Below are positions 63,961-64,000 of a stretch of 64,000 nucleotides of DNA, piece by piece. This stretch comes from Octopus sinensis. Its lineage: Eukaryota. The stretch lies in assembly GCF_006345805.1 (NCBI RefSeq), contig NC_042997.1:8804001-8868000 (forward strand). The letters run 5' to 3'. Under the pieces are notes generated by a model that saw nothing but the letters and a program-made list of their open reading frames with translations, was not told the DNA's origin and did no database searches. Every line of letters begins with the position of its first letter. The first letter of the stretch is position 1. The translations under genes were made by a program, and so were the position numbers.

Positions 63961-64000
63961 CACGCTCGCAAGAGGATTTCTTGATATCAGTGTTGTGGAG

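Overview
AT-rich, repeat-dense eukaryotic non-coding DNA, most likely from an octopus or other coleoid cephalopod. That is inferred from the SINE families I recognise from memory and the very high microsatellite load. I found no host protein-coding exon, true tRNA/rRNA gene or CRISPR array that I can support. Almost all listed ORFs are microsatellite translations or decayed transposon frames. The window holds tRNA-derived SINEs (CORE-, Nin- and Meta-like domains), 3'-truncated LINE remnants (RTE, CR1, R4/Dong-like, HERO/NeSL-like), a mariner fragment, a piggyBac-like MITE and long SSR fields. The most interesting signal is a Penelope-like element (PLE) / hammerhead-ribozyme (HHR) layer that the ORF track misses. 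(1) At 3340-7015 a decayed RT + C-terminal GIY-YIG PLE is circularly permuted exactly at its catalytic YRDD motif and bounded by an 18-bp direct repeat of its own sequence. (2) At 32807-33902 a near-perfect 1.1-kb palindrome carries two nearly intact type I HHRs. (3) At 30.1-30.5 kb and 41.2-41.8 kb a tRNA-headed SINE carries a minimal HHR core and sits in PLE-like inverted pairs. (4) About a dozen HHR-like motifs from several families are spread across the window. All alignments, translations and folds were done by eye; identities are estimates unless counts are given.
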